Of a stretch of 18,502 nucleotides of DNA, positions 6,533 through 15,087 are shown piece by piece. How positions within the stretch are numbered: position 1 is the stretch's first letter; each line of letters starts with the position of its first letter. The translations under genes and the position numbers were made by a program. The DNA comes from Chthonomonadales bacterium (GTDB lineage Bacteria > Armatimonadota > Chthonomonadetes > Chthonomonadales > Chthonomonadaceae), in the NCBI GenBank assembly GCA_038217285.1, contig JBBQPO010000109.1, positions 1 through 18,502 on the forward strand, written 5' to 3'. The notes below the pieces were generated by a model. That model had not been told where the DNA came from and did no database searches. It was given only the letters and a program-made list of their open reading frames with translations.

Positions 6533-7564
6533 TCAGTAGGAGAGATAGGTGCGTGTGATCGCTCGGCCGACATCGTCGCAGCGTCCCTGTACGCTGTCCA
6601 GAAACTGATGCAGCCCGCTGCGGATGATCTCGTCGGAGCGTATATAGGTCAGGTCGGCGCGCAGTCTGCCGAGGAGACGTTCCGGATCGGTCGTCGGTTC
6701 GTCGCGCATATTGCCGCTAATGCGCTTCTGGCAGCCCTCGACGCGCCCGATCCCATGCCGCACCGAAGCCGGGAAGGTGGGGTTGAGCACCAGGAAATCG
6801 ACGATGCTGGCTGGCCGGATCCCGTCGTGGTGCGTTTTACGATACATTTCGAAGGCGCTGACCGATTTCAGCACCGCAATCCAGCCGTGCATATCCAGCG
6901 GCCCGCCGACTCCGTAAGGGTTGGGCTGTCGTTCCGCCGACGGCGCATGGTCGGTTTCTGGAATGTCGGTGACGTAGACCGGCAGCAGGTCGTGGTACTT
7001 CACATCCAGTAGACGCGCTGTCTGAATGGCGCGCTCCAAAAAGCGCCCGGTGTCGAGCCAGTCACGGGGTTCGCTCATCAACATCGTGCGATTGAGGATG
7101 CCCTGAAACAGGTGGGAGGCGTTCTTCACGGCTTGAAAGAACTCGTGTGGAGAGCCGGCCAGCACGCGGTCCACGTTCCACTCCCGCAGCTGCAAGTAAA
7201 AGACGTTCAGGCTCTCCCACATCTCCGAGGCGATCTGCTCTCGAATCGAACGGGCATTTTCCCGGGCTCCGGTCCAGACCCGCAAAATCGAACCCGGATT
7301 CTCCATATCGAAAACGAAAAAATGGATTACGTCCCGGTCGTTCTCCGTGGCATAGCGCGCATGATAGTCTTTCGTGCTGCCGGAGATCGCGAGCAGCGAC
7401 GCCCAGCGCATCGGCGTAAACGCGTCCTCTCGATCGAGATCGGCGGCGGGAAGCGTCGTCTCCAGCGCGGCGTGATAGTGAACATCGACCATGCGGGCGG
7501 TCGCTTCGGCGCGTTCGACGTAGCGGCCGATCCAGTAACAGGAGTCGGCATCTCGACTGAGCAT
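6533..7564 (-). CDS. Alpha-E domain protein (DUF403)
   Basis: MLSR.A...YWIGRYVERAE.TAR, ARENARSIRE.I..EMWE and GRFLERA..TARLLDVKY: the repeated ER motifs of alpha-E proteins. The ATG overlaps the upstream TAA. Confidence 0.93.
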   Translation of the reverse strand: MLSRDADSCYWIGRYVERAEATARMVDVHYHAALETTLPAADLDREDAFTPMRWASLLAISGSTKDYHARYATENDRDVIHFFVFDMENPGSILRVWTGARENARSIREQIASEMWESLNVFYLQLREWNVDRVLAGSPHEFFQAVKNASHLFQGILNRTMLMSEPRDWLDTGRFLERAIQTARLLDVKYHDLLPVYVTDIPETDHAPSAERQPNPYGVGGPLDMHGWIAVLKSVSAFEMYRKTHHDGIRPASIVDFLVLNPTFPASVRHGIGRVEGCQKRISGNMRDEPTTDPERLLGRLRADLTYIRSDEIIRSGLHQFLDSVQGRCDDVGRAITRTYLSY

Positions 7565-9144
7565 TACGAGCCTCCTTCCGGTTCGGTCGTCGGAGCCGGT
7601 TTGCCGAAGCTCTGCGTCATGCCGCCCAGCGACTGCGCCATTCCCGTTCCGGTCATCATCTGACTCATGCCATTCCTCTGCTGGCTAAGGCTCGCATTGT
7701 CGTGCGCGAGCACCCAGGTGTCTTTGCTGCCGCCCCCCTGCGAGGAGTTGACGACATAAGAGCCTTTGCGCAACGCGACCCGTGTCAGGGCGCCGGGAAT
7801 GATGGTGATCTCCTTCTGTCCATACAGAATATAGGGTCGCAGATCGATATGTCGCCCCTCCATGTTGGTTTCGTCGATAAAAGAGGGCGCTTGCGACAGG
7901 GAGATGAGCGGTTGGGCAATGTAGTTGCGCGGATTCGCCTTTATCTTCTCGGCGAACTCGGCGCGTTCGGCCTGGCTCGCCTGCGGCCCCATCAGCATCC
8001 CGTAGCCGCCCGACTCGTTGGCGGCTTTGACCACCAGTTTGTCGAGGTTGGCCAGAATATACTGCCTCTGCGTCGGCTCCGAGGCGAGAAAAGTTTCGAC
8101 ATTATCGAGGATCGGCTTCTCGCCCAGATAGTACTCGATGATGCGCGGCACGTAGGCGTAGACGACCTTGTCGTCCGCAACGCCCGTGCCGATGGAGTTC
8201 GCGAGGGCGACGTTGCCACTGCGGTAGGCATTGACCAGTCCCGCCGCGCCGAGCGCCGAGTCGCCGCGGAACACCAGGGGGTCGAGAAAGTCGTCGTCCA
8301 CCCGGCGATAGATCACATCGACCCGTTCCGGTCCTTTCGTGGTCTTCATGTAGACGATATTGTTGTCTACAAACAGGTCGCGCCCCTGCACCAGTTCGAT
8401 GCCGAGCTGTTGGGCGAGAAAGGCGTGTTCGAAATAGGCGCTATTGTAGACGCCGGGGGTGAGCAGCACCACATTGGGAGAGTCCCGGCGGCCCTCCGGG
8501 GCGAGCTCGCGCAGATTGTTCAACAGTTGCGTCGTATAGTGATCGACGGGTCGCACGGGCAGGTCACGGAACATCTGCGGCAGCACGCGCGTCAGGATGA
8601 TCCGGTTTTCCAGCACATAGGAGACTCCGGACGGCGTACGCAGGTTGTCTTCGAGGACTTTGTACGTTCCGTGCTGGTCACGGATCAGGTCGCTGCCGCA
8701 GATATGCACATAGATACCGCCGGGCGGATCGGCGCCCAGGAACTCGCGCCGGAAGTAGGCGGCGTTCACAATGAGGTCACGCGGAATGACACGGTCCGCC
8801 AGGATCTTCTGGTCGTGGTAGACATCGTGAATGAACAGGTTCAGGGCGGTCAGACGCTGCTTGAGGCCGCGCTCGATCAGTTCCCATTCGTCGGCCGGAA
8901 TGATCCTCGGAATCAGGTCGAAGGGGAAGGGCTTTTCCACCCCCTGCTCGCCGCCATAGACCGCGAACGTGATGCCCTGATTAATGAGAGTCAGCTCGGC
9001 CAACTGGCATCGACGGCGGAAGTCTTCGAGAGACAGGCCGGTGAGACGCTGGAACAGTTTCCAGTAGTGGGGGCGTGGTTGGCCGTCCGGCTGAAACATT
9101 TCATCGTAGAAGCCATTGGTCTGATAGTTGTCGAATAGTGGCAT
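7564..9144 (-). CDS. Circularly permuted type 2 ATP-grasp peptide ligase (DUF404/DUF407 type)
   Basis: YDEM, GITF.VY, PFDLIPR, LEDNLRTPSGVSY, NSAYFEH, RVDVIYRR, GVADDK, SGGYGM, DLRP, VVNSSQGGGSKDTWV. Start reassigned to ATG 9144 behind AGGAGG; 526 aa. Confidence 0.95.
   Translation of the reverse strand: MPLFDNYQTNGFYDEMFQPDGQPRPHYWKLFQRLTGLSLEDFRRRCQLAELTLINQGITFAVYGGEQGVEKPFPFDLIPRIIPADEWELIERGLKQRLTALNLFIHDVYHDQKILADRVIPRDLIVNAAYFRREFLGADPPGGIYVHICGSDLIRDQHGTYKVLEDNLRTPSGVSYVLENRIILTRVLPQMFRDLPVRPVDHYTTQLLNNLRELAPEGRRDSPNVVLLTPGVYNSAYFEHAFLAQQLGIELVQGRDLFVDNNIVYMKTTKGPERVDVIYRRVDDDFLDPLVFRGDSALGAAGLVNAYRSGNVALANSIGTGVADDKVVYAYVPRIIEYYLGEKPILDNVETFLASEPTQRQYILANLDKLVVKAANESGGYGMLMGPQASQAERAEFAEKIKANPRNYIAQPLISLSQAPSFIDETNMEGRHIDLRPYILYGQKEITIIPGALTRVALRKGSYVVNSSQGGGSKDTWVLAHDNASLSQQRNGMSQMMTGTGMAQSLGGMTQSFGKPAPTTEPEGGS
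7612..7671 (-). repeat. Three G-M-x-Q coding repeats in the ATP-grasp C-terminal tail
   Basis: GGC ATG AGT CAG, GGA ATG GCG CAG and GGC ATG ACG CAG within ...NGMSQMMTGTGMAQSLGGMTQSFG... Confidence 0.7.
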
Positions 9145-9326
9145 CGAAAGAGACGCACCTCCTGCGGGTTTCGACTCCGCCTTGGAGCCGTGCAGACTTT
9201 TCACCGAGGGGCACCATCGCCTGGACCGGGCGCGAAGGCCGGTAAACCGCTTCGCAAAAGGGGAAAAACAACGATGCACCGACAGCGACTGCAAAATGCA
9301 GCAGGGATTACCGCTATCGTTCGCCT

Positions 9327-9356
9327 ATTATAACCCGTCTCGCACTATAAAGTAAA
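9327..9356 (-). promoter_or_regulatory. Putative sigma70 promoter for the long minus-strand operon
   Basis: Minus strand reads TTTACT-N18-TATAAT in the AT-rich divergent intergenic region, about 180 nt upstream of the ATP-grasp start. Confidence 0.5.
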
Positions 9357-9469
9357 GATGCCGTCAATGTAAAATAGACTCGACAGAGCATCGCAATCTC
9401 CCCTCGCTTTCCTGTAAAGCCGAGACGGGAGAGAATAGAAACGCCGACCATAGGTCGCAGGAGAGCCGA

Positions 9470-10549
9470 ATGAGTGAGCTGAATTTCGATTTGTTGAAAC
9501 GAATCTGCGAGACACCTGGCATTCCAAGCCGGGAAGAGGCCATCCGCAAGCTGGTCATTGCGGAGCTGAGACCGCTGTGCGACACGCTGGAGGTCGATGT
9601 GATGGGCAACGTGATCGCGTTCAAGAAGGGCGCGAGTGATGGCCCGCGCGTCATGATCGCGGCACACCTCGACGAGATCGGTTTCATGGTGAAGCATATC
9701 GACGATCGGGGATTTATACGGCTTCTGCCGGTCGGCGGCTGGGACCCACGCGCCATGGTGGCGCAGCGTGTGCTGGTACACGGCTTCGCGGGCCAGACGC
9801 TCCGCGGCACCCTGATGCCGGGGATCAAACCGACCCATCTTTTGACGACGGAGGAGGCGAACAAATCCCCGAAGATCGAGGAGTTTTTCGTCGATCTCGG
9901 ACTCTCCGGCGAAAAGGTCAAGTCGCTCGTCGAGTTGGGCGACATGGTCACGATGGACCGAACGGCGGAGCGGATAGGCGATATGGTCGTGAGCAAGACC
10001 CTCGATGACCGCCTTAGCGTCTTCATTCTGATCGAAACGCTCCGCAAACTCCAGAATACGCCGACGAAAGCCCATATCCTCGCCGTGGCCACTACGCAGG
10101 AAGAGGTCGGCCTGCGCGGCGCGACGACGGCAGCCTACGCCCTACAGCCCGACATCGGCATTGCGCTCGATGTGACGCTGGCGGTCGATCTCCCCGGCGT
10201 TCCCGAGCAGGATCAGGTGACGCGGCTTGGAAACGGCACGGCGATCAAGATCGTCGACTCCTCCCTGCTCTGTCATCCCAAACTCGTCCGCCACTTCCGG
10301 GACGTCGCCGAGGCGAAGGGCATCAAATATCAGTTGGAGATTCTTCCACGGGGCGGCACCGACGCGGGCGGAATCCAGCGCAGCCGCGGCGGCGTTCCCT
10401 CCTTCACGCTCTCCATTCCGACGCGTTACATCCACACCGTCAACGAGATGGCCCATGTCGACGACATCCAGGCCTCCATCGATCTGCTGGCCGCCTACCT
10501 GCCCGAAGCCCACACCCGCCCCTACGGCTACGCCGAAGAGGTCGAGTAG
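9470..10549 (+). CDS. M42 family metallo-aminopeptidase (TET/FrvX-like)
   Basis: Metal and catalytic motifs AAHLDEIG, KTLDDR, QEEVGLRGA, IALDVT, GGTDAG, PTRYIHT; AGGAG RBS. Confidence 0.95.
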   Translation: MSELNFDLLKRICETPGIPSREEAIRKLVIAELRPLCDTLEVDVMGNVIAFKKGASDGPRVMIAAHLDEIGFMVKHIDDRGFIRLLPVGGWDPRAMVAQRVLVHGFAGQTLRGTLMPGIKPTHLLTTEEANKSPKIEEFFVDLGLSGEKVKSLVELGDMVTMDRTAERIGDMVVSKTLDDRLSVFILIETLRKLQNTPTKAHILAVATTQEEVGLRGATTAAYALQPDIGIALDVTLAVDLPGVPEQDQVTRLGNGTAIKIVDSSLLCHPKLVRHFRDVAEAKGIKYQLEILPRGGTDAGGIQRSRGGVPSFTLSIPTRYIHTVNEMAHVDDIQASIDLLAAYLPEAHTRPYGYAEEVE

Positions 10550-10628
10550 CGAATCTTTCCCGCCGCTCCGGTTTCTCCCCAGGAACCAGGGCGCGCTGGG
10601 AGACCCCATTTTGAAAGGAGAGGCATTC

Positions 10629-11363
10629 ATGGAACGATCATGGCGAATTATGCTGGGATTTTATACCGTCTGGCTGGGAACCTTTTTTTTGACCGCGTCT
10701 TACACGGCATGGGCAGGTCCCGGCGGCCTGATCAAGGACGCTGTCATGACCCCGATAGGCCGCATTCTCTTCCTTATCCTGGCGGTTCTGCTCTCCCCAT
10801 TCATCGTCTACTATATGATCAAACGCGCGATACAGATCCGGCACACACGGGAGGATCTGGTCCGACTGGCCGCTCTCTATCCGCAGTATCGATGGCTGGA
10901 CGTAAAGGATCGTGCGACAGCGGCATTCCAGTGGGTCTGGTCCGCGTGGGGCAAACAGAAGATGGAGTCGGCCTCCGCCTTCACAACCTCCTGGTATATG
11001 CAGAACCAGCAGATGCTGCTGGACGACTGGTCGGACCGAGGACTGGAAAACGTCTGCCAACTCAAGTCTATCAAGCGAATCGAGCCTCTCTTCGTCCAGC
11101 ACAACGAGGCAGGTGACGGCCAGGGTTCGCGGTTGACTCTGGTCATTACGGCCAGCGTGGTGGACTACCTGCGGGACAAATCGACCGGGAAGATTGTCGA
11201 GGGAGACAAGAAGATCGACGACTTACAGACTGTCTGGACGTTCGTCTGGCAGGAGAACGGTTGGCTCCTGAATCTCATTGAGCCGAGTACGACGGAGTGG
11301 TCCTATCTGACGATGCCAAACGAACTGCCCGCCTCGCTCACGCCACAATCGTCACGGGCCTGA
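10629..11363 (+). CDS. Membrane-anchored Tim44-like domain protein
   Basis: Start reassigned to ATG 10629 (AAAGGAG RBS); 244 aa. A signal-like segment (AWA/GPGG) and a hydrophobic helix precede a domain with AF..V..AW, DY.....GKIVEG and WTF....GWLL..I, typical of Tim44-like domains. Confidence 0.75.
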   Translation: MERSWRIMLGFYTVWLGTFFLTASYTAWAGPGGLIKDAVMTPIGRILFLILAVLLSPFIVYYMIKRAIQIRHTREDLVRLAALYPQYRWLDVKDRATAAFQWVWSAWGKQKMESASAFTTSWYMQNQQMLLDDWSDRGLENVCQLKSIKRIEPLFVQHNEAGDGQGSRLTLVITASVVDYLRDKSTGKIVEGDKKIDDLQTVWTFVWQENGWLLNLIEPSTTEWSYLTMPNELPASLTPQSSRA

Positions 11364-11505
11364 ACCTCAGTGGTAACTATTCACCCAGGCCTTTCGGTGA
11401 AACTCTTTGAGGTATAGCAGTGTGCCACCAGGGCGTATGCGCGAACTTGCCAACCTCGACACACCGTGAGAATATTGCGGCGACCGTTGCGACGAACCAG
11501 ACGAC

Positions 11506-11544
11506 CGACGCTATTCGGCCCCGTGAAAAAACCGAATAGCATCG
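11506..11544. terminator. Inverted repeat between convergent transcription units (possible terminator)
   Basis: GCTATTCGG-N13-CCGAATAGC perfect 9-bp stem, extendable by 3 bp past one mismatch. No strong U tract. Confidence 0.4.
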
Positions 11545-11587
11545 TCAATCTATGAGGAGAGCGAACGAAGTCAATGTCGCGCCAGTG

Positions 11588-11810
11588 TTACTCGTTCGGA
11601 GTGGCGATGTAGCCGTGCGTAATACCGCTGGCATCCGTATACGTATCCATGTGCATGCCCATCTTTGCCATCGCGTACCCCGGCAATATCGCCATCATTG
11701 TTGATGCCGAGAATGCCGGTGAAGTAGATGGCTCCTGGTGCGTCAACCGACCTGAAGTGATAACGGGCTTGCCTTTGAGCGATCGCGTGGCAGGGTAGGA
11801 ACGGTGACAC
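11588..11810 (-). pseudogene. Internally deleted remnant of an extracellular beta-repeat (HAF-repeat-like) protein gene
   Basis: One frame gives YHFRSVDAPGAIYFTGILGINNDGDIAG..DGKDGHAHGYV (first repeat). A shifted frame continues YTDASGITHGYIATPNE* (typical last repeat). The two are joined out of frame at about 11641. Confidence 0.65.
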
Positions 11811-11824
11811 GGCGCAAACGTTTC

Positions 11825-11840
11825 TGTGATTTACATCACG
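11825..11840. promoter_or_regulatory. CRP/FNR-family-like binding site
   Basis: TGTGA-TTTACA-TCACG, a 9/10 match to TGTGA-N6-TCACA, in an AT-rich intergenic patch. Confidence 0.5.
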
Positions 11841-11909
11841 CTTGTACTTTTTTGGGTAGCGCGGCGTTTTTTCGGAGCCTCCGCCTCGACGACGGTTTCG
11901 GCGACAGCC

Positions 11910-12488
11910 TCAGTTGCCTCCGCTTCCGGCGCGATTTTCAACTGTAGAGGGTGTCTCGGTAAGTGACTCCATCGTTTTGGCCTCATAGAAACGGCCGGAC
12001 TTCTTAATCGACGTCAATATCTCGGAGTATTCGCGCTTATAATTTGCCCCGATCCAGACTGGATTGGCCACGAGGCCATCACAGACATACACGCCCCGAA
12101 AGCGAACGACCCCTGTTCGCAGCACGACTCCTGTTCCTCCGACGATGTCACGCAGACGCTCCGTGAGGCCAAGAACGGCATAAGCCTCCTTACCGTCCGG
12201 CTCAATAAAAATTGAGTATTTCGTTGTGTCGCGCAGGAAGATCCATTGCCGCACCTTGAGGGATCGAACGGCGTCAAGCACATCTTCCGGCAGGGGGCGA
12301 CCTTGTCCTTCAAGACTTAAGGCCGCGAGATCGAGGAGTAATGGATTGGCGACGACGGCGTCGCGCGCGGCGCTCAGCATCTCGAGAAGTTCCATTTTGC
12401 GCGCACCATCCGAAAGGATATGCACTTCGGCAAGCAGACTCGTATAGCTATTTATGAACTGTTTCGCGTCTTTTGGATTAATGACCAT
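11910..12488 (-). CDS. Hypothetical protein, 192 aa
   Basis: Start reassigned to ATG 12488 because the upstream ORF extension overlaps the SDR. Globular composition (WIFLRDTTKYSIFI, YAVLGLT, FRGVYVCDG, IGANYK). No function recognised. Confidence 0.7.
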   Translation of the reverse strand: MVINPKDAKQFINSYTSLLAEVHILSDGARKMELLEMLSAARDAVVANPLLLDLAALSLEGQGRPLPEDVLDAVRSLKVRQWIFLRDTTKYSIFIEPDGKEAYAVLGLTERLRDIVGGTGVVLRTGVVRFRGVYVCDGLVANPVWIGANYKREYSEILTSIKKSGRFYEAKTMESLTETPSTVENRAGSGGN

Positions 12489-12520
12489 GTGCGTACTTTC
12501 CAACGTCTGTGAGCAGGCTC

Positions 12521-13297
12521 CTAGAGTGAGCGAATGGTGAGGCCGCCGTCGGCGATCAGGGTTTGGCCGGTGATGTAGGAGGCGGCGGGCAGGCAGAGGA
12601 AGGCGACGAGAGCGCCGATCTCTTCCGGACGGCCCGGCCGCTTCAGAGGCACACGGGAATCGAGGTTGCGCCGAAAGTCGGGGTTGTTCATCAGCGGCTC
12701 GGTCAGCGGCGTCTCGATGAAACCGGGCGCGACGGTGTTGACGAGAATGCCGTCCGGTGCCCATTCCAGCGCGAGGCCCCGCGTGATCTGCGCCATCGCC
12801 GCCTTGGTGGCGGCGTAAGGAATCCCGGTCGGAATCGCCCGCTCGCCCGCAATGGATCCAATGAACACGACACGGCCTTGCCCGCTCTGTTTCAGAGAGG
12901 GATGGCAGGCGCGAACGAGCGCGAACGCGGAGAAGAGATTCGTCTGGAAGATATGGGCGATCTCCGCCTCTGTGTAGTCGAGCGCTTGCTTCCGAATGTT
13001 CGTGCCGACGTTGCTGACCAGGAGATCGAGACCGCCGAGATCCTCGTTGATCGCTGCAAGCATTGCCGCCTGCCCCGCGTCAGTCGCGACATCCGCCGAC
13101 AGGGTGCGGATCGGCAGCCCTGCTGCGCGGAACTCCTGCGCGCTCGCCTCCAGATCGGCGGCGTTACGCGCGACCGACAGCACCTCTGCTCCGAAATGGA
13201 GCAGTTCCCGCACTGTCGCGAGCCCGATCCCTTTCGAACCCCCTGTCACCAGCGCCTTGCGCCCCTTTAGCTGCCAGCGCGCGCCTACATTTTCCAA
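12521..13297 (-). CDS. SDR family oxidoreductase, tropinone reductase-like
   Basis: RWQLKGRKALVTGGSKGIG, NVGTNIRK, YAATK, VAPGFIETP, FLCLPAASYITGQ; TTG start after AAGGAG. Confidence 0.93.
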   Translation of the reverse strand: MENVGARWQLKGRKALVTGGSKGIGLATVRELLHFGAEVLSVARNAADLEASAQEFRAAGLPIRTLSADVATDAGQAAMLAAINEDLGGLDLLVSNVGTNIRKQALDYTEAEIAHIFQTNLFSAFALVRACHPSLKQSGQGRVVFIGSIAGERAIPTGIPYAATKAAMAQITRGLALEWAPDGILVNTVAPGFIETPLTEPLMNNPDFRRNLDSRVPLKRPGRPEEIGALVAFLCLPAASYITGQTLIADGGLTIRSL

Positions 13298-13335
13298 GCG
13301 ACTTTCTCCTTACCGTCGATAGTGACGTACTGTTC

Positions 13336-14901
13336 CTATTTCGCGCCGATGCAGACCACTTCCTTGAGGCTCCGGTGAAACAGTTTGCCGTTGGCGTAGC
13401 TGATAGAGTTCAGGCTCCACGTTGAGTCCGCCGGCCCCAGGTCGTTGACGGCCAGCAGCGCCTTGGCGTCGAGCACTTTGGCGCGGGCGTCGATGACATA
13501 GGTGAGGCCGAGCATCGTCGTGATGTAGATCTTGCCGTCCACACAGGTCGGGCTGCCGAGGTAACACCAGTACCAGCCGTCCCGTTTCGAGCGAGGATCC
13601 CCGGCGGCGTCGATTCCACGGGAGTTCATGGTAGAGGAAGGCTGCGACTGTCCCCAGATAAAGCGGTCGGACTGACCGGGAGCGCGGACGACGGAGACGG
13701 GTAGCTCAAGATACTCGACTTTGTCGGTGGCGATGTTCACTCGGCCGATACAGTGGGCTGGGCCGAGATGCTGAGAGGCGTCGGTGAAACAGAGGAAGTA
13801 GTGGTAACCCTCGGTGACGATGTTGCAGAACTGCGACGGGAACACGACCGTCGGCGGGTTGGCCAGCTTCAGGTTGACATCGGGCAGGAACTGGTACTGA
13901 CCGCTCTTCGGGTCGAACCAGCGGTAGTCCACTTTATCGACCAACGACTGCGTTTTGACGAGTTTGCCGGTTTTTATGTCGATGACCTGATGATCCGACG
14001 TCTCTTGCGCGATCCAGTAGGCATACTGATTGTCCCAGTGCTGGGTGTAGAGCGCTTTACCGACGGCATCGAACCTCCAGAGAGACTTCCCTTCCTGCCC
14101 TGGGGCGAGGCTGGTCAGAGTCAGACCTGTAGGCCGTTCCGGGACGTCGTGATACCCACCCCGGCCCTGCAGGATCGCCGCTCTTCCACCGGGGAGGTGT
14201 CCGAATACGGGCGTATTGTAGTGCGTCAGCGAGTCCTCGGAGACCCATAGGGTTTTGCCGGTGGCCTTGTCGAGACCACGCAGGTAGTTCCAGGGATCTT
14301 TCGCCTCACGTTTCGGATCGCCGACGTCTCGCGGCTCCATGTTCACAACGGTGTTTCCGAGGAGCATCGGCTCAAACTGTTTGTTGAAGGGCCGGCCGTT
14401 CGTGGGCTGCCAGCGGCGCATCCAGACCGGCTTGCCGGTGAAATCGTAGCAGCCGAGGGAGCCGCTGGTATTGTAGAACCAGACGTGTTTGCCATCAGTG
14501 ACCGGTGAGGCAGACGTCGAATCACTGAACCCGTAGGCGTAGACGCTGTCCTCGGTTCCGGGCAGATCGACGGTCCAGAGAATTTTGCCCGTGTGGCTGT
14601 TGAGGCAGTACCCGACGACCTCGTGCCCTTCCTTTTTATCGGATTCGGATGCCAACGGCTTCATCGTCGTGAGGAAGAGACGATCCCCCCACACGGCGAT
14701 GCCGCTCTGCCCCTCTTCCGGCAGAGTGGTACGCCAGACAATGTTTTCGTGGCGCGTGACGCTCCAATGGACAGGCACATTGTGCCCGGCCGCCGTCCAG
14801 TTGCCATTAGGTCCGGCAGGCTGGGGCCAGTTATCGGCAGAAGCCAGCGTCACAAGCGCGGCCAGCGCCACCAGAACACTCATCATCAAGCGGGTTTTCA
14901 A
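13336..14901 (-). CDS. Secreted PQQ-binding-like beta-propeller repeat protein
   Basis: Signal peptide (..LASA/DNWPQ), NIVWRT.LP..GQS, TGKILW, SPVTDG, TGKTLW, SPT..DGKIY, N.L, GKLFHRS...VVCIG. Likely TTG start at 14901 (GGAG/GAGG RBS); the ORF extends to 14931. Confidence 0.85.
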   Translation of the reverse strand: MKTRLMMSVLVALAALVTLASADNWPQPAGPNGNWTAAGHNVPVHWSVTRHENIVWRTTLPEEGQSGIAVWGDRLFLTTMKPLASESDKKEGHEVVGYCLNSHTGKILWTVDLPGTEDSVYAYGFSDSTSASPVTDGKHVWFYNTSGSLGCYDFTGKPVWMRRWQPTNGRPFNKQFEPMLLGNTVVNMEPRDVGDPKREAKDPWNYLRGLDKATGKTLWVSEDSLTHYNTPVFGHLPGGRAAILQGRGGYHDVPERPTGLTLTSLAPGQEGKSLWRFDAVGKALYTQHWDNQYAYWIAQETSDHQVIDIKTGKLVKTQSLVDKVDYRWFDPKSGQYQFLPDVNLKLANPPTVVFPSQFCNIVTEGYHYFLCFTDASQHLGPAHCIGRVNIATDKVEYLELPVSVVRAPGQSDRFIWGQSQPSSTMNSRGIDAAGDPRSKRDGWYWCYLGSPTCVDGKIYITTMLGLTYVIDARAKVLDAKALLAVNDLGPADSTWSLNSISYANGKLFHRSLKEVVCIGAK

Positions 14902-14980
14902 CGGCCTCGTCTCCCTAACTTCATAGATCAAGCTTGGCGTCGGTTTTCCACAGCGCCCACTGGAATTCCTGCGTCGCGAC

Positions 14981-15010
14981 TTGACAATGACAGATACTGA
15001 ACGATATAAT
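14981..15010 (+). promoter_or_regulatory. Consensus sigma70 promoter for lacI-family/GH unit
   Basis: TTGACA-N18-TATAAT with both hexamers perfect. Confidence 0.85.
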
Positions 15011-15018
15011 ACCGTCAG

Positions 15019-15044
15019 TGCGCAATCGTATGCGCAAATTGCGC
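15019..15044. promoter_or_regulatory. Putative LacI-family operator(s)
   Basis: TGCGCAAT-CG-TATGCGCA is an imperfect palindrome with central CG just downstream of the -10. It overlaps a second palindrome, GCGCAA-A-TTGCGC. Confidence 0.65.
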
Positions 15045-15087
15045 CTATGATTTTTTAACGCCCATCCAGCGAGAGATTGGAGAGCGG

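Noticed and set aside
7702-9138. 478-aa plus-strand ORF (also 5915-7012, 4984-5853, 2555-3172, 12563-13270)
   Set aside because: Antisense shadows of well-supported minus-strand genes in GC-rich DNA, with no recognisable motifs.
9145-9469. Sigma54 promoter or NtcA/TnrA nitrogen box upstream of the ATP-grasp/P-II operon
   Set aside because: No TGGCAC-N5-TTGC found by eye. TGT-N12-ACA at 9368-9385 has the wrong spacing for a TnrA/GlnR box. Nitrogen control therefore rests on gene content only.
10227-10628. Long N-terminal ORF extensions (Tim44-like from 10227, GH from 15855, hypothetical from 12764, RING-like from 5288, E1 from 4911, ATP-grasp from 9294, RyR from 1992)
   Set aside because: They overlap neighbouring genes or promoter regions, and in most cases a better start with a clear RBS lies downstream.
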